NCBI GenBank assembly: GCA_036555755.1 | Contig: DATBKS010000246.1 | Location: forward strand, 1,833-65,832 | DNA from: Thermoleophilaceae bacterium | Lineage (GTDB): Bacteria > Actinomycetota > Thermoleophilia > Solirubrobacterales > Thermoleophilaceae | Direction: 5' to 3' | Length of the DNA: 64,000 nt | Shown: positions 9,983-19,025 of the stretch, one piece after another | Numbering within the stretch: position 1 is the stretch's first letter | How the letters are laid out: each line of letters opens with the position of its first letter | Translations under genes and position numbers: made by a program | The notes under the pieces: model-generated | What the model was told of the DNA's origin: nothing | Database searches by the model: none | What the model saw: only the letters and a program-made list of their open reading frames with translations

Positions 9983-10798
9983 TCAGCCCCCCGCGCTCAG
10001 CATCCTGAGGGCCTCGGAGGGCTCGAGGCGCCTGTACGTCTCGGTTGCCACACTCCCGTCGAGCACCTGCTCCCGGAGACGAGCCGCGTCCGCCCGCTCC
10101 TCGGCGCTCACCTCGTCGAGCCGGGTGTGCACCGACTGCGCCCAGCGCTCCATGTCGCCGGGCGTGGTCGGGCCCGGCAGCGCGGCGCGGTATTCCTCGT
10201 CCGAGAGGTCGCGGTAGCGCGCCAGCGAGCTGTACGGATCGAGCGCTCCCGACACGTTACGCTCGGTGATGTCGTCGGTGGCCCGGATCACGAAATCGGA
10301 TTCGGGCACGCGGCCGGAGGGCGAGTACGCCCAAGCGCTGCGCAGCAGGTCGCCCGCGGTGGTCAGGTCCGCCCAGCTGCTCCAGCCCCTGAGCCGCTCA
10401 TCGTCACCGGCATCCGTGCGGACCGGCACGGCCAGCCGCGTGACGGCGCGGTCGTTGAGCGCGCCCACGATCTCGGCCGGGTCGTCCTTCACGAGCACCT
10501 CCTTCCGCGGCGGCCAGAAGTCGTAGAAGCTGAGGTCGCCGTATCCCCGCCCGCGGTGGAACGCGTAGATCTCGGGGTACTGTGGCCGGCCGCCACGCCG
10601 CGCGGGATCCGCGTCGTAGTAGGCGGTGATCACGAGTTGGATCAGCAGGCTGGCGCCCACCGCCCCGAGCGGTGTGTCGATCACGATCCCGAAGCGGTCG
10701 TGTCGATCCCAGCCGGGCAGCGCATCCTCGCGCGTCGCAGGCCGGCCGTCGATCTCGATCGCGAACTGCTCGACATCGAGTTCGGTGGCGGTGTGCAT
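9983..10798 (-). CDS. Hypothetical protein (271 aa), family not recognised
   Basis: Starts at internal Met153 of track ORF 9983..11254, 2 nt after the OYE-like gene stop. The upstream part of the track ORF overlaps the OYE-like gene in another frame and is Arg/Gly-rich shadow. Balanced composition (MHTATELDVEQFAIEIDGRP...YPEIYAFHRGRGYGDLSFYDFWPPRKEV). Confidence 0.6.
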   Translation of the reverse strand: MHTATELDVEQFAIEIDGRPATREDALPGWDRHDRFGIVIDTPLGAVGASLLIQLVITAYYDADPARRGGRPQYPEIYAFHRGRGYGDLSFYDFWPPRKEVLVKDDPAEIVGALNDRAVTRLAVPVRTDAGDDERLRGWSSWADLTTAGDLLRSAWAYSPSGRVPESDFVIRATDDITERNVSGALDPYSSLARYRDLSDEEYRAALPGPTTPGDMERWAQSVHTRLDEVSAEERADAARLREQVLDGSVATETYRRLEPSEALRMLSAGG

Positions 10799-10800
10799 TG

Positions 10801-12006
10801 TCAGTCGGCCCGTGGGCCCCAGCGGAACCCTCCGGAGAGCCGGTAGGCGGCGTGCTGAAGCAGACGGCGGCGCGGGTAGCGCCAGCAGCGCAGCGAGTGG
10901 TGCCCCTCGTGCATAAGGCAGATATTGCAGGAGGTACAGTCCACCCGCCGGGTTCGCCCCTCGGCGATCAGGCGGGCGAGCGCCGGCTCGCGGATGAACG
11001 GCCGCGCCATCGCCACGAAATCGGCTTCGCCCGAGGCCACCAGGGCGTTCATCGTCTCGGGACGGCGCATACCGCCCACGGCAACCAGCGTCGTGTCCAC
11101 CTCCTCGCGCACTCGACGCAGCCAGGGCATGAAGTACGCCTCCTCGGCGGGCTCGGACAGCAGCCGGTGGAAGAGGAGATCCTCCGCCGCGCGCCGACGG
11201 TCGACCGCCACGTACTGCCGCGCCGAGTCGGTGGCCGCGCTCATCACGCCGCACGAGATCTCGAGCGCGTCGAGGCCGGCCTCCACGAGCAGGGCGGCCA
11301 CCCGGGCGGACTCGGCGATGTCCAGGCCACCCGGCGGGGCGTCCACCATCCCGAGCTTCATCGTCAGCGCCCTGTCGGCGGGCACGACCGCGCGCACCGC
11401 CTTGGCCACCTCGAGCGCGAAGCGAGCGCGCCGCGCCGGATCGCCACCCCAGTCATCGTCGCGGCGGTTGGTGAGCGGCGACAGAAACTCGCTGATCAGG
11501 TAGCCGTTGGCGCCGTGGATGTGCACGCCGTCGAAGCCTGCGGAGAGCACCCGCCGCGCGCCATCGGCGAACGCGGCGACCGCCTCCTCGATCTCCTCCG
11601 AGCTGCCCGCGGGCACGTGCCGTCCGGTGAGGGCGTTCGGCACCGCGGAGGGGGCAAGCGTCGAGACGCCTTCCACACGCGACTGGCTGCCGGCGTGTGC
11701 GACCTGGCCGAGCACCAGGCCGCCGGCGCGGTGCACGGCATCCGTAAGGCGCTGCAAGCCCGGTATCAGGCGGTCGTCGTAGACGCCCGTCTGGCGCCGG
11801 GCGTACTGGCCGCGCGGATGGCAGTAGAGGTGACCGGTGAAGATCGCGCCGACGCCGTTCGCCGCAAGGGTCTCGTAGAGCCCGATGAGCTTGTCCGTGA
11901 CGGCGCCATCCTGCGCCGCCATCGTCTCGGAGGTGCCGGCCCGGATCAGCCGGTTGCGTGTGGTGAGCGGCCCGAGCGAGCCCTCGGCGAGCAGCGCCTC
12001 GGTCAT
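10801..12006 (-). CDS. Old-Yellow-Enzyme-family NADH:flavin oxidoreductase with a C-terminal 4-Cys (Fe-S-like) motif
   Basis: Starts at Met139 of track ORF 10801..12420, in an ATGA overlap with the nitrilase stop. OYE TIM-barrel N-terminus MTEALLAEGSLGPLTTRNRLIRAGTSE...QVAHAGSQS. The C-terminus reads CTSCNICLMHEGHHSLRC (Cx2Cx2Cx10C). Confidence 0.85.
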   Translation of the reverse strand: MTEALLAEGSLGPLTTRNRLIRAGTSETMAAQDGAVTDKLIGLYETLAANGVGAIFTGHLYCHPRGQYARRQTGVYDDRLIPGLQRLTDAVHRAGGLVLGQVAHAGSQSRVEGVSTLAPSAVPNALTGRHVPAGSSEEIEEAVAAFADGARRVLSAGFDGVHIHGANGYLISEFLSPLTNRRDDDWGGDPARRARFALEVAKAVRAVVPADRALTMKLGMVDAPPGGLDIAESARVAALLVEAGLDALEISCGVMSAATDSARQYVAVDRRRAAEDLLFHRLLSEPAEEAYFMPWLRRVREEVDTTLVAVGGMRRPETMNALVASGEADFVAMARPFIREPALARLIAEGRTRRVDCTSCNICLMHEGHHSLRCWRYPRRRLLQHAAYRLSGGFRWGPRAD

Positions 12007-12851
12007 GGCTCCCGAAGGACGACGTCGTAGACGTCCGTGCGGCGATCCGCGCGCGGCTGGATCAGCGGGTCGCGCACCTGGGCGCGTTCCGCCTCCGCCA
12101 GGTCGATCTCCGCGATCGCGAGGCCGGTTTCGGTGCCGGACAGCGGCCCCACCGCGCGCTTTCCGAACGGGTCCACGAGAAGCGATGAGCCGAGGAACTC
12201 GAGCTCCGTCACCGCGCCGACCTGCGAAGCGCAGGCGATGAACACCTGGTTCAAGTTGGCCTGGAGCTGGGCTCCGTGAGCCTGGGGCGCGAGCCCGTTC
12301 GCGTCCCAGCGCACCTTGTCGAACCCGGTGACCCAGGCGGTGGGCACGCAGATCAGCTCGGCGCCGGCCAGTGCGAGCAGGCGGGCCACCTCGACGAAGC
12401 GAAGGTCGTAGCAGACGCACAGGCCCACACGTCCGAACGCGAGGTCAGCCACCGGCAGCCCGAGGTCGCCGGGCTCGAAGGCCTGCTTCTCCTCGCGGAA
12501 CGGGTGGAGCTTGCGGTAGTGGAGCAGTACGCCGCCCGGGCCGACCACGACGGCCGTGTTGTAGAGGCGGTCCCCGTCCCGCTCGCAGAAGCCGCCGGCG
12601 ATCCAGCCGTCGGCGTCGGCGGCGAGCGCGGTCCAGGCCTGCGTCGATGGGCCATCGACCGGCTCGGCCACATCCGCCAGCCGCTCGCGGTCCGCCACAT
12701 AGCCGGGAACGATCAGCTCGGGGAGGACGACGAGTTGCGCGCCGCGCTCGAAGGCGTGGCGCGCGGTGAGCACTGTCAGCTCGCGATTCTCGTCTGCGGC
12801 ATACGGCTGCCCGGTGATCTGGGCGAGCGCGACGGCCAGCGGCCGCTTCAC
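12003..12851 (-). CDS. Carbon-nitrogen hydrolase (nitrilase superfamily)
   Basis: 282 aa. Catalytic-triad contexts VVLPELIVPGY, YRKLHPF and VCYDLRF. GTGA overlap with the upstream gene stop. Confidence 0.85.
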   Translation of the reverse strand: MKRPLAVALAQITGQPYAADENRELTVLTARHAFERGAQLVVLPELIVPGYVADRERLADVAEPVDGPSTQAWTALAADADGWIAGGFCERDGDRLYNTAVVVGPGGVLLHYRKLHPFREEKQAFEPGDLGLPVADLAFGRVGLCVCYDLRFVEVARLLALAGAELICVPTAWVTGFDKVRWDANGLAPQAHGAQLQANLNQVFIACASQVGAVTELEFLGSSLLVDPFGKRAVGPLSGTETGLAIAEIDLAEAERAQVRDPLIQPRADRRTDVYDVVLREP

Positions 12852-13618
12852 GACAGGTCGGCGGGGAGGACGCCGGCGGCCTTCAGCATTCCGACGTCGG
12901 CCGGGCAGGGACCGCCGACGCTCACCACCGGACTACCGCGGTCGGCCTTCACCCGATGCTGGATGCCGGGCGGCACCTGGATCGCCTGCCCCGCCTCGAA
13001 CTCGAGCGCGAAGCCGTGCGTGAGGTCCTCGACCGTGCCGCAGCCGGACACGATGTAGATCGTGTCCTCGGAGTCGGCGTGCGCGTGCGGCACGTTCTCC
13101 TCCCCCGGCTGCATGCTCACGTAGTTCATGTTCGCGTTGCGCGCTCCGACGCCGAGCCAGACGACGAGCCGCGCATCTGAGGCGATCATCGGCAGCATCA
13201 CATCGGGGTTGTCGCGGTGGAAGATCCTGATCGCGCCCGGGTCGGCCTCGTTCTCCCCGTCCGCGTCCACGCCCTCGTAGACGCCGGCGTCCGGCGGCGA
13301 CGGGCCGCCGATCAGCTCGAGCCCATCCGCCCCGGCCTCGAAGACGTAGGCGGCGCCGGCCGCGACGTGCACCATCGAGCCTTCCTCGAGCTGCTCTCCC
13401 GCCACGCTGCCGCTTCCGCCGAGGACGTAGTAGACGGCCTCGTCCTGGTGGCGCTGGCGGCGGGTGCGCGCACCGGCTCCCAGCAAGATGAGGTGCATCG
13501 AGCGGAACTCCGCCCCAACGTCGGGCCAGACCAGGGCCCGCGCGCTCCCCTCACCCTCCACGAGGTCGATGCTCGGCCCGTCGGGGCCCAGCACCTGCAC
13601 CCCCTCGGCGCCGATCAT
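12848..13618 (-). CDS. Bicupin-type cupin domain protein
   Basis: 256 aa. The second barrel carries a metal motif, VPHAHADSEDTIYIVSG. ATGA overlap with the upstream cupin gene. Confidence 0.7.
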   Translation of the reverse strand: MIGAEGVQVLGPDGPSIDLVEGEGSARALVWPDVGAEFRSMHLILLGAGARTRRQRHQDEAVYYVLGGSGSVAGEQLEEGSMVHVAAGAAYVFEAGADGLELIGGPSPPDAGVYEGVDADGENEADPGAIRIFHRDNPDVMLPMIASDARLVVWLGVGARNANMNYVSMQPGEENVPHAHADSEDTIYIVSGCGTVEDLTHGFALEFEAGQAIQVPPGIQHRVKADRGSPVVSVGGPCPADVGMLKAAGVLPADLS

Positions 13619-13983
13619 CGCGGCTCCTCCGTGGCCACCGTGTAGGCGTTCGGGGTCTCGCGCCGCGGCACGATGATCGCCAGGAACCTCGCGCCCGCAG
13701 CGCTTGCGCGAATCCCGTGCTCAACCTTCGGCGGAATCACCGACCAGTCACCCGGCGCGAGCTGCTTGACCTCCCCCGCGACCGTGAGCTCGACCTCGCC
13801 CTCCTGGATCAGGGTGATCTGCTCCTGCGGATGGCTGTGGAGCGGGAACTCCGCCGCGGCATCGAAGTCGTACTGGGTCACGGTCGCACCCTGGCTGTCG
13901 AGCGCACGCCGCCGCACGCCGGGCCAGGGCTCGTCCATCGGGAGCTCGGCGAAGCTCCCCTCGATTGGCGTCGGTGCGCTCAC
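13615..13983 (-). CDS. Small cupin domain protein
   Basis: Track ORF 13615..14112. GTG at residue 44 (13983) forms a GTGA overlap with the cyclase stop. Met59 (13938) is an alternative start. Cupin motif FPLHSHPQEQITLIQEGEVE...PPKVEHG. Confidence 0.7.
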   Translation of the reverse strand: MSAPTPIEGSFAELPMDEPWPGVRRRALDSQGATVTQYDFDAAAEFPLHSHPQEQITLIQEGEVELTVAGEVKQLAPGDWSVIPPKVEHGIRASAAGARFLAIIVPRRETPNAYTVATEEPR

Positions 13984-14728
13984 TCGTCGACGAAGGCCAC
14001 TACGCGGCATGGCGAGGCTTCGCCCCCTTCGATTGGAATCGGGAAGGCGCCGATCAGGCAGCGCCGGTTCAGGACCTTCTCCATATCCCCGCCCATGTTC
14101 TCGACGTGGCACACGCCGGCGCCGAACGGCACGCGGTGCATCACGAAGATGTCGTCGGCGGGGAACACGTCGTCAATCGGCTTGCCGATCTTCTGCTCGT
14201 ATGCGCGCGCCGCGTCCTCGCGCTTATAGCGGATGCTCGTGTTCATCGGGTGGTCGCCCGAGGCGCAGTCGAAGCCGGTCCACGCGAACTGCATTTCGGC
14301 CACCCACTCGGCGAACTCGCGGTCGCCGCCCGGGTGACGCAGGAAATAGCGCTGCTCGTCCTCCTGGTCGGCGCCGTTGTAGTAGTGGTGGTAGCCCGTG
14401 TGGTAGATGAGGATGTCGCCCTTCTGCACCTCCATCTTGTCCGTGATGTGGTGGGGCTTGATCACGGACCAGTCCTCCACCACGTCCGAGACATCGACGA
14501 TCACACCGGGACGGCAGAGCTGGTCGATCGGGATCGATCCGATGTCGTTCCCGCCGGAGATGATGTGCATCTCGCTGTCGAAGTGCGTGCCGCTGTGAAG
14601 AGGGAGCTCGAGCAGCTGGGAGACGATTCCGTTGGTCGCATGCCGCTGGAAGTACGACAACTTCGGCGAGGGATATCCCACCCAGCCTGGGGTGTGGATC
14701 GTGAACTTGTGCGTCAGGTCGACCGGCT

Positions 14729-14732
<4 letters not shown>
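13980..14732 (-). CDS. Cyclase-family protein (kynurenine-formamidase-like metal hydrolase)
   Basis: 250 aa. Cyclase-family motif HSGTHFDSEMH. ATGA overlap with the small-subunit gene stop. Confidence 0.85.
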
Positions 14733-15240
<508 letters not shown>

Positions 15241-15244
<4 letters not shown>

Positions 15245-17601
15245 GCCGCCCGCCTCTCATGCGCGAGCTCCACCACGCGCTCCGGGGTGAGCGGCAGCGT
15301 CTTCGCCTCACTGCCGAGCGCATCGGACAGTGCGTTGGCGATCACCGCGCCCGCGGCGGCGGTTCCACCCTCGCCGGCGCCCTTGACGCCAAGCGGGTTG
15401 AGTGGCGTCGGGGCGTCCTCCGTGATCTCCACGCGGACGTCCGGCATCTCTCCGGCGGTCGGCATCAGGTAGTCCATGAACGAGCCCGCCACGAGCTGGC
15501 CCGACTCGTCGTAGGCGAACTCCTCGAGCAGCGCGCCGCCGAGGCCCTGCGCCACGCCGCCGACGATTTGTCCTTCGACGAGCTTCGGGTTGATCGCGCG
15601 CCCCACGTCGTACGTGACGGCGTAGCGGTGAATGTGGACGGCCCCGGTGTCGACGTCAACCTCGAGCGCGACGCAGTGAAGGCCGTAGGGGAATGCCATG
15701 TCCGGCGAGTCGAAGTAGGCCTCCTCCTCGAGGCCCGGGTCGTCGCCGCGGGAGAGCGCCGCGCCGGCGTGAGCCGAGGACGCGAGCTCGCTGAGCGGCA
15801 CGCCCACCGCCGGCGAGCCGCGCACGATCACGCGGTCGCCCTCGATGGTCAGGTCGCCCGCCGAGGCCTCGAGCCGCTCAGCGGCCAGTTCGAGCAGGCG
15901 GGCGCGCAGCATCTCGGCGGCGCGCGCGATCGCGCTCCCTCCGAGCATCGACGCGCGACTGCCGAAGGCGCCCATGCCCTCGGGCACGGAATCCGTGTCG
16001 CCATGGCGCACCGTCACCGCGTCGTAGGGCACGCCGAGCGTCTCGGCGCAGACCTGGGCGAGCACTGTGTCGACGCCCTGGCCGACCGAGGCCGAGCCCA
16101 CGTGGACGATCGTGCCGCCGTCGCTGCCCACGCCCACGCGCGCGTACTCCCAGCGGGCGATGCCGCTCTTCTCGACGAAGTAGCCGACGCCGACGCCGCG
16201 GCGGCGCCCGGGCTCCGGCTCCTCGCCTCGCCAACGCAGCATCTCCTCGTAGCCGAAGCACGCCAGGCCCTTGTCGAGGAGCAGCGGATAGTCGCCGCTG
16301 TCGAAGACGACGGGATGGCCGTCCGTGTGCGTGCCGACGCGGTAGGGCATCAGCTCCGGTGCGATCAGGTTCTGGCGGCGCACGTCGGCCGGATCGCGGC
16401 CAAGCCGCCGGGCCGCGATGTCGATCATGCGCTCGCGAATGAAGTTGGCCTCGTAGCGGCCGGGCGCCCGGTAGGTGCCCGCTGGCGTCTTGTTGGTGAC
16501 GACCTGGTGCGCGACGCAATCGTAGGCGCGCCAGGCGTAGGGACCAGGCAGCAGCGCGGCGGTCATCCCCGGCACCACCGACCCGTGGGTGCGCACATAC
16601 GCGCCCGTGTTCATCGCGAAGCGGTCGCGCATCGCGAGCAGGGTGCCGTCGGAGCGCAGCGCCAGCTCCACGTCGTGGACCTGCTCGCGCGAGTGGTTAA
16701 GGGCGCGTAGGTTCTCCTCCCGGTCCTCCGTCCACGCGACGGGATGTCCCTGCTTGAGCGCGCAGAACGGAATCAGGAAGTCCTCCGGGTAGAACTCGCC
16801 GCGCCCGCCGAAGCCGCCCCCAACGTCCAACTCCACAAGACGCACCTGCTGCTCGGTGAGTCCCAGAAGCCCCGCGAGGATCCGGCGGTTGGTGTGCACC
16901 ACCTTGGCCGCGCCCCATACCGTGAGGCGGCCGCTGCGCGGCTCGAGCTCGGCCAGCAGCCCGCGCGGCTCGAGCGGCACGGCGCCGTGCCGCTGGCAGC
17001 TGAGGCGCTCGCGGACCGTGAGGTCCGCCTCGGCGAAGGCGGCATCAACGTCGCCCCACGCGATGTGAATCTCGCCGGCAAGGTTGGAACCCGCCTCCGG
17101 GTGGAGCACCGGGCTGCGCGGGTCGAGGGCGAGGTCAGGATCGAGCAGCGGGTCGAGCGGCTCGTAGACCACCTCGATGCGGTCGAACGCGTCTTCGGCC
17201 GCGTAGCGCGACTCCGCGATCACCACCGCGACGGGCTCGCCCGAGTAACGCACGACGCCGTCGGCGAGCGGGGGCTGAAGCAGCAGCTCCATCCCCGGCA
17301 GCGGATACATTCGCATGGGGATGCGCGCGACCGGCTGAGGCAGGTCGGCGCTCGTGATCACATCCACCACGCCCGGCTCGGCCAGCGCGGCGGACGCGTC
17401 GATCGACGTGATCCGCGCGGCTGCGTGCGGGCTGCGCAGGATCGCGGCGTGCAGCGCGTCTCGGCGGTTGAGGTCGTCGATGAAGCAGCTGCGGCCGGTG
17501 AGGAGCGGCAGGTCCTCCTTACGAGGCAGCGACAGCCCGATCACGCGCTCGGTTGTGCCGTCGCGGCCCGCCGGGTCCGCGTCTGAGCGGCTGCCTACCA
17601 C
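15241..17601 (-). CDS. Mo-hydroxylase large subunit (xanthine dehydrogenase/CoxL family), paralogue A
   Basis: C-terminal 786 codons of track ORF 15241..18171. GTG at 17601 overlaps the CoxG-like stop; the alternative GTG at 17544 gives VIGLSLPRKEDLPLLTG. Motifs DVGGGFGGRGEFYPEDF, GTYRAPGR and GVKGAGEGG. It is not the CODH form-I AYxCSFR type. Confidence 0.9.
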
Positions 17602-18254
17602 CGGTACCTGATCTCGAGCCACACCCCGCGCCGCCGGAAGCGCTTGCCGAACAGCAGCGCGAGCAGAAGCGCCAGCAGTCCGGCGGCGCCGGCCCGGGCG
17701 AGCGGAGTGGGCACCGAGGGCACGGACGGAGCAGCCGGATGTTCCTCTTCCGGCAGGGACGCCGGAGGCCTGGACGGGAGCGCGGCGGCGGCGGGCTGTG
17801 GCACACGGGAAGCGCGCTCGCCAAGGCTGCGCTCCAGGTTGGTCGCGAGCTCTCCGAGCAGGCGCTCTGCCTCGGCGCGCGCGCTGTCCTCCGACACGCC
17901 GGTCGCGGCCAGCCGGCCGTCGAGCGTGAGCGACACGCGGGCCGCGCCATTCGAGCCGTCGACGCGAGCCCTCAACAGCCCGCTGGCGAATCCCGGCCCC
18001 GCGGCGTCGCGCACGCGCAGCAGGCAGCTCGCGCTGTGGCCGTCCTCGTCGACATCGACGGAGCGCAGCGTGCCAACGAGATCGAGCGGCGTGGAGCCGA
18101 CGGTGGGCGTGAGCTTGCCCTGCAGTGTCTGATCGCCGTTGACGCGGGCGAGCGCGGAACCCGGCAGGCATGCGCCCAGCTGCTCCAGGTCGAGCAGCTC
18201 CGCCCAGACCCGGTCGGCCGGCGCGCTAACGGTGAATTCGGTCTCGAGGAGCAT
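17595..18254 (-). CDS. CoxG-like SRPBCC protein with C-terminal TM anchor, copy 1
   Basis: 219 aa. N-terminus MLLETEFTVSAPADRVWAELLDLEQLGACLPG, then a Pro/Ala linker, then the hydrophobic tail AGAAGLLALLLALLFG followed by basic residues. AGGAGG RBS. Confidence 0.85.
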   Translation of the reverse strand: MLLETEFTVSAPADRVWAELLDLEQLGACLPGSALARVNGDQTLQGKLTPTVGSTPLDLVGTLRSVDVDEDGHSASCLLRVRDAAGPGFASGLLRARVDGSNGAARVSLTLDGRLAATGVSEDSARAEAERLLGELATNLERSLGERASRVPQPAAAALPSRPPASLPEEEHPAAPSVPSVPTPLARAGAAGLLALLLALLFGKRFRRRGVWLEIRYRW

Positions 18255-18311
18255 CTCGCCTCCTGCTCACAGACGAGCCCGCGCGGCGCGAGCCCGGCCA
18301 GTCCCTTTGCG

Positions 18312-18333
18312 CAAAAGTATAATGTTGGACTTT
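18312..18333. promoter_or_regulatory. 22-nt AT-rich dyad element CAAAAGTATAATGTTGGACTTT (copy 1) in the divergent coxG-like intergenic region
   Basis: Contains a perfect TATAAT on the plus strand and TACTTT/TATACT (TANNNT) on the minus strand. 21/22 identical to 29970..29991. The arms AAAGT..ACTTT form a dyad. Confidence 0.7.
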
Positions 18334-18362
18334 ACAGCGTCGGGCGATCTTCTGGGAGAGCG

Positions 18363-19025
18363 ATGAAGCTTCAGAACGAGTTCACGGTGGGTGTCCCGAT
18401 CGAGCGTGCGTGGGAGACGCTGCTCGACATCGAGACCGTGGCCGGCTTCCTGCCCGGCGCGAAGATCGAGCCGGCGGACGGCGACGGCGTCTTCCGCGGG
18501 TCGATGAAGGTGAAGGTCGGCCCGATGACGGTGAACTACGAAGGCACGGCCCGCCTCGCTGCCGTCGACGAGGCGAACCGCACCGCGGACATCGAGGTGC
18601 GCGCCAAGGAGGCCAAGGGCCAGGGCACCGCGGCAGCAGTGATTCGCAACCAGCTCGTTGCGGAGGCCGGCGGCACCCGCGTGGTGGCCGAGACCGACCT
18701 CCAGGTCACCGGCCGCCAGGCGCAGTTCGGCCGCGGGATCATGCAGGACGTGGCCGGGCGGATGCTCGGCGACTTCGCGCGCCGCTTCGAGGCCTACCTG
18801 AGCGAGCCGGCCGAGGCGCCGAACGGAGGCGCGCCCGCTCAGGCGCCGCCGCCCCCGCCCGAGTCGGAGGAGGCTCTCGACCTCGGCTCGGTGGTCACCC
18901 AGATGCCGGTCGTGCGCTACGGCGCCCCCGTGGCGGCGGGCGTGGTGGTCGTGGCAGCGCTCGTCGGAATGAAGCGCGCACGCGGCCGCCGCGGACTGAC
19001 CATCCGCATGGGCATCGGTCTCTAG
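18363..19025 (+). CDS. CoxG-like SRPBCC protein with C-terminal TM anchor, copy 2
   Basis: Starts at Met271 of track ORF 17553..19025. N-terminus MKLQNEFTVGVPIERAWETLLDIETVAGFLPG, then a Pro-rich linker, then the tail APVAAGVVVVAALVGMKRARGRRG. Confidence 0.85.
   Translation: MKLQNEFTVGVPIERAWETLLDIETVAGFLPGAKIEPADGDGVFRGSMKVKVGPMTVNYEGTARLAAVDEANRTADIEVRAKEAKGQGTAAAVIRNQLVAEAGGTRVVAETDLQVTGRQAQFGRGIMQDVAGRMLGDFARRFEAYLSEPAEAPNGGAPAQAPPPPPESEEALDLGSVVTQMPVVRYGAPVAAGVVVVAALVGMKRARGRRGLTIRMGIGL

Noticed and set aside
9947-9985. The TGA between the hypothetical and flavin reductase ORFs as a selenocysteine codon
   Set aside because: I saw no SECIS-like stem-loop immediately downstream, and there is no redox-motif context around the codon. 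I keep it only as a possible split or readthrough.
7979-10846. 955-aa plus-strand ORF opposite the kinase/aminotransferase, flavin reductase and hypothetical genes
   Set aside because: Shadow ORF with no recognisable motifs. The opposite strand encodes proteins with clear domain signatures and operon-consistent start/stop overlaps.
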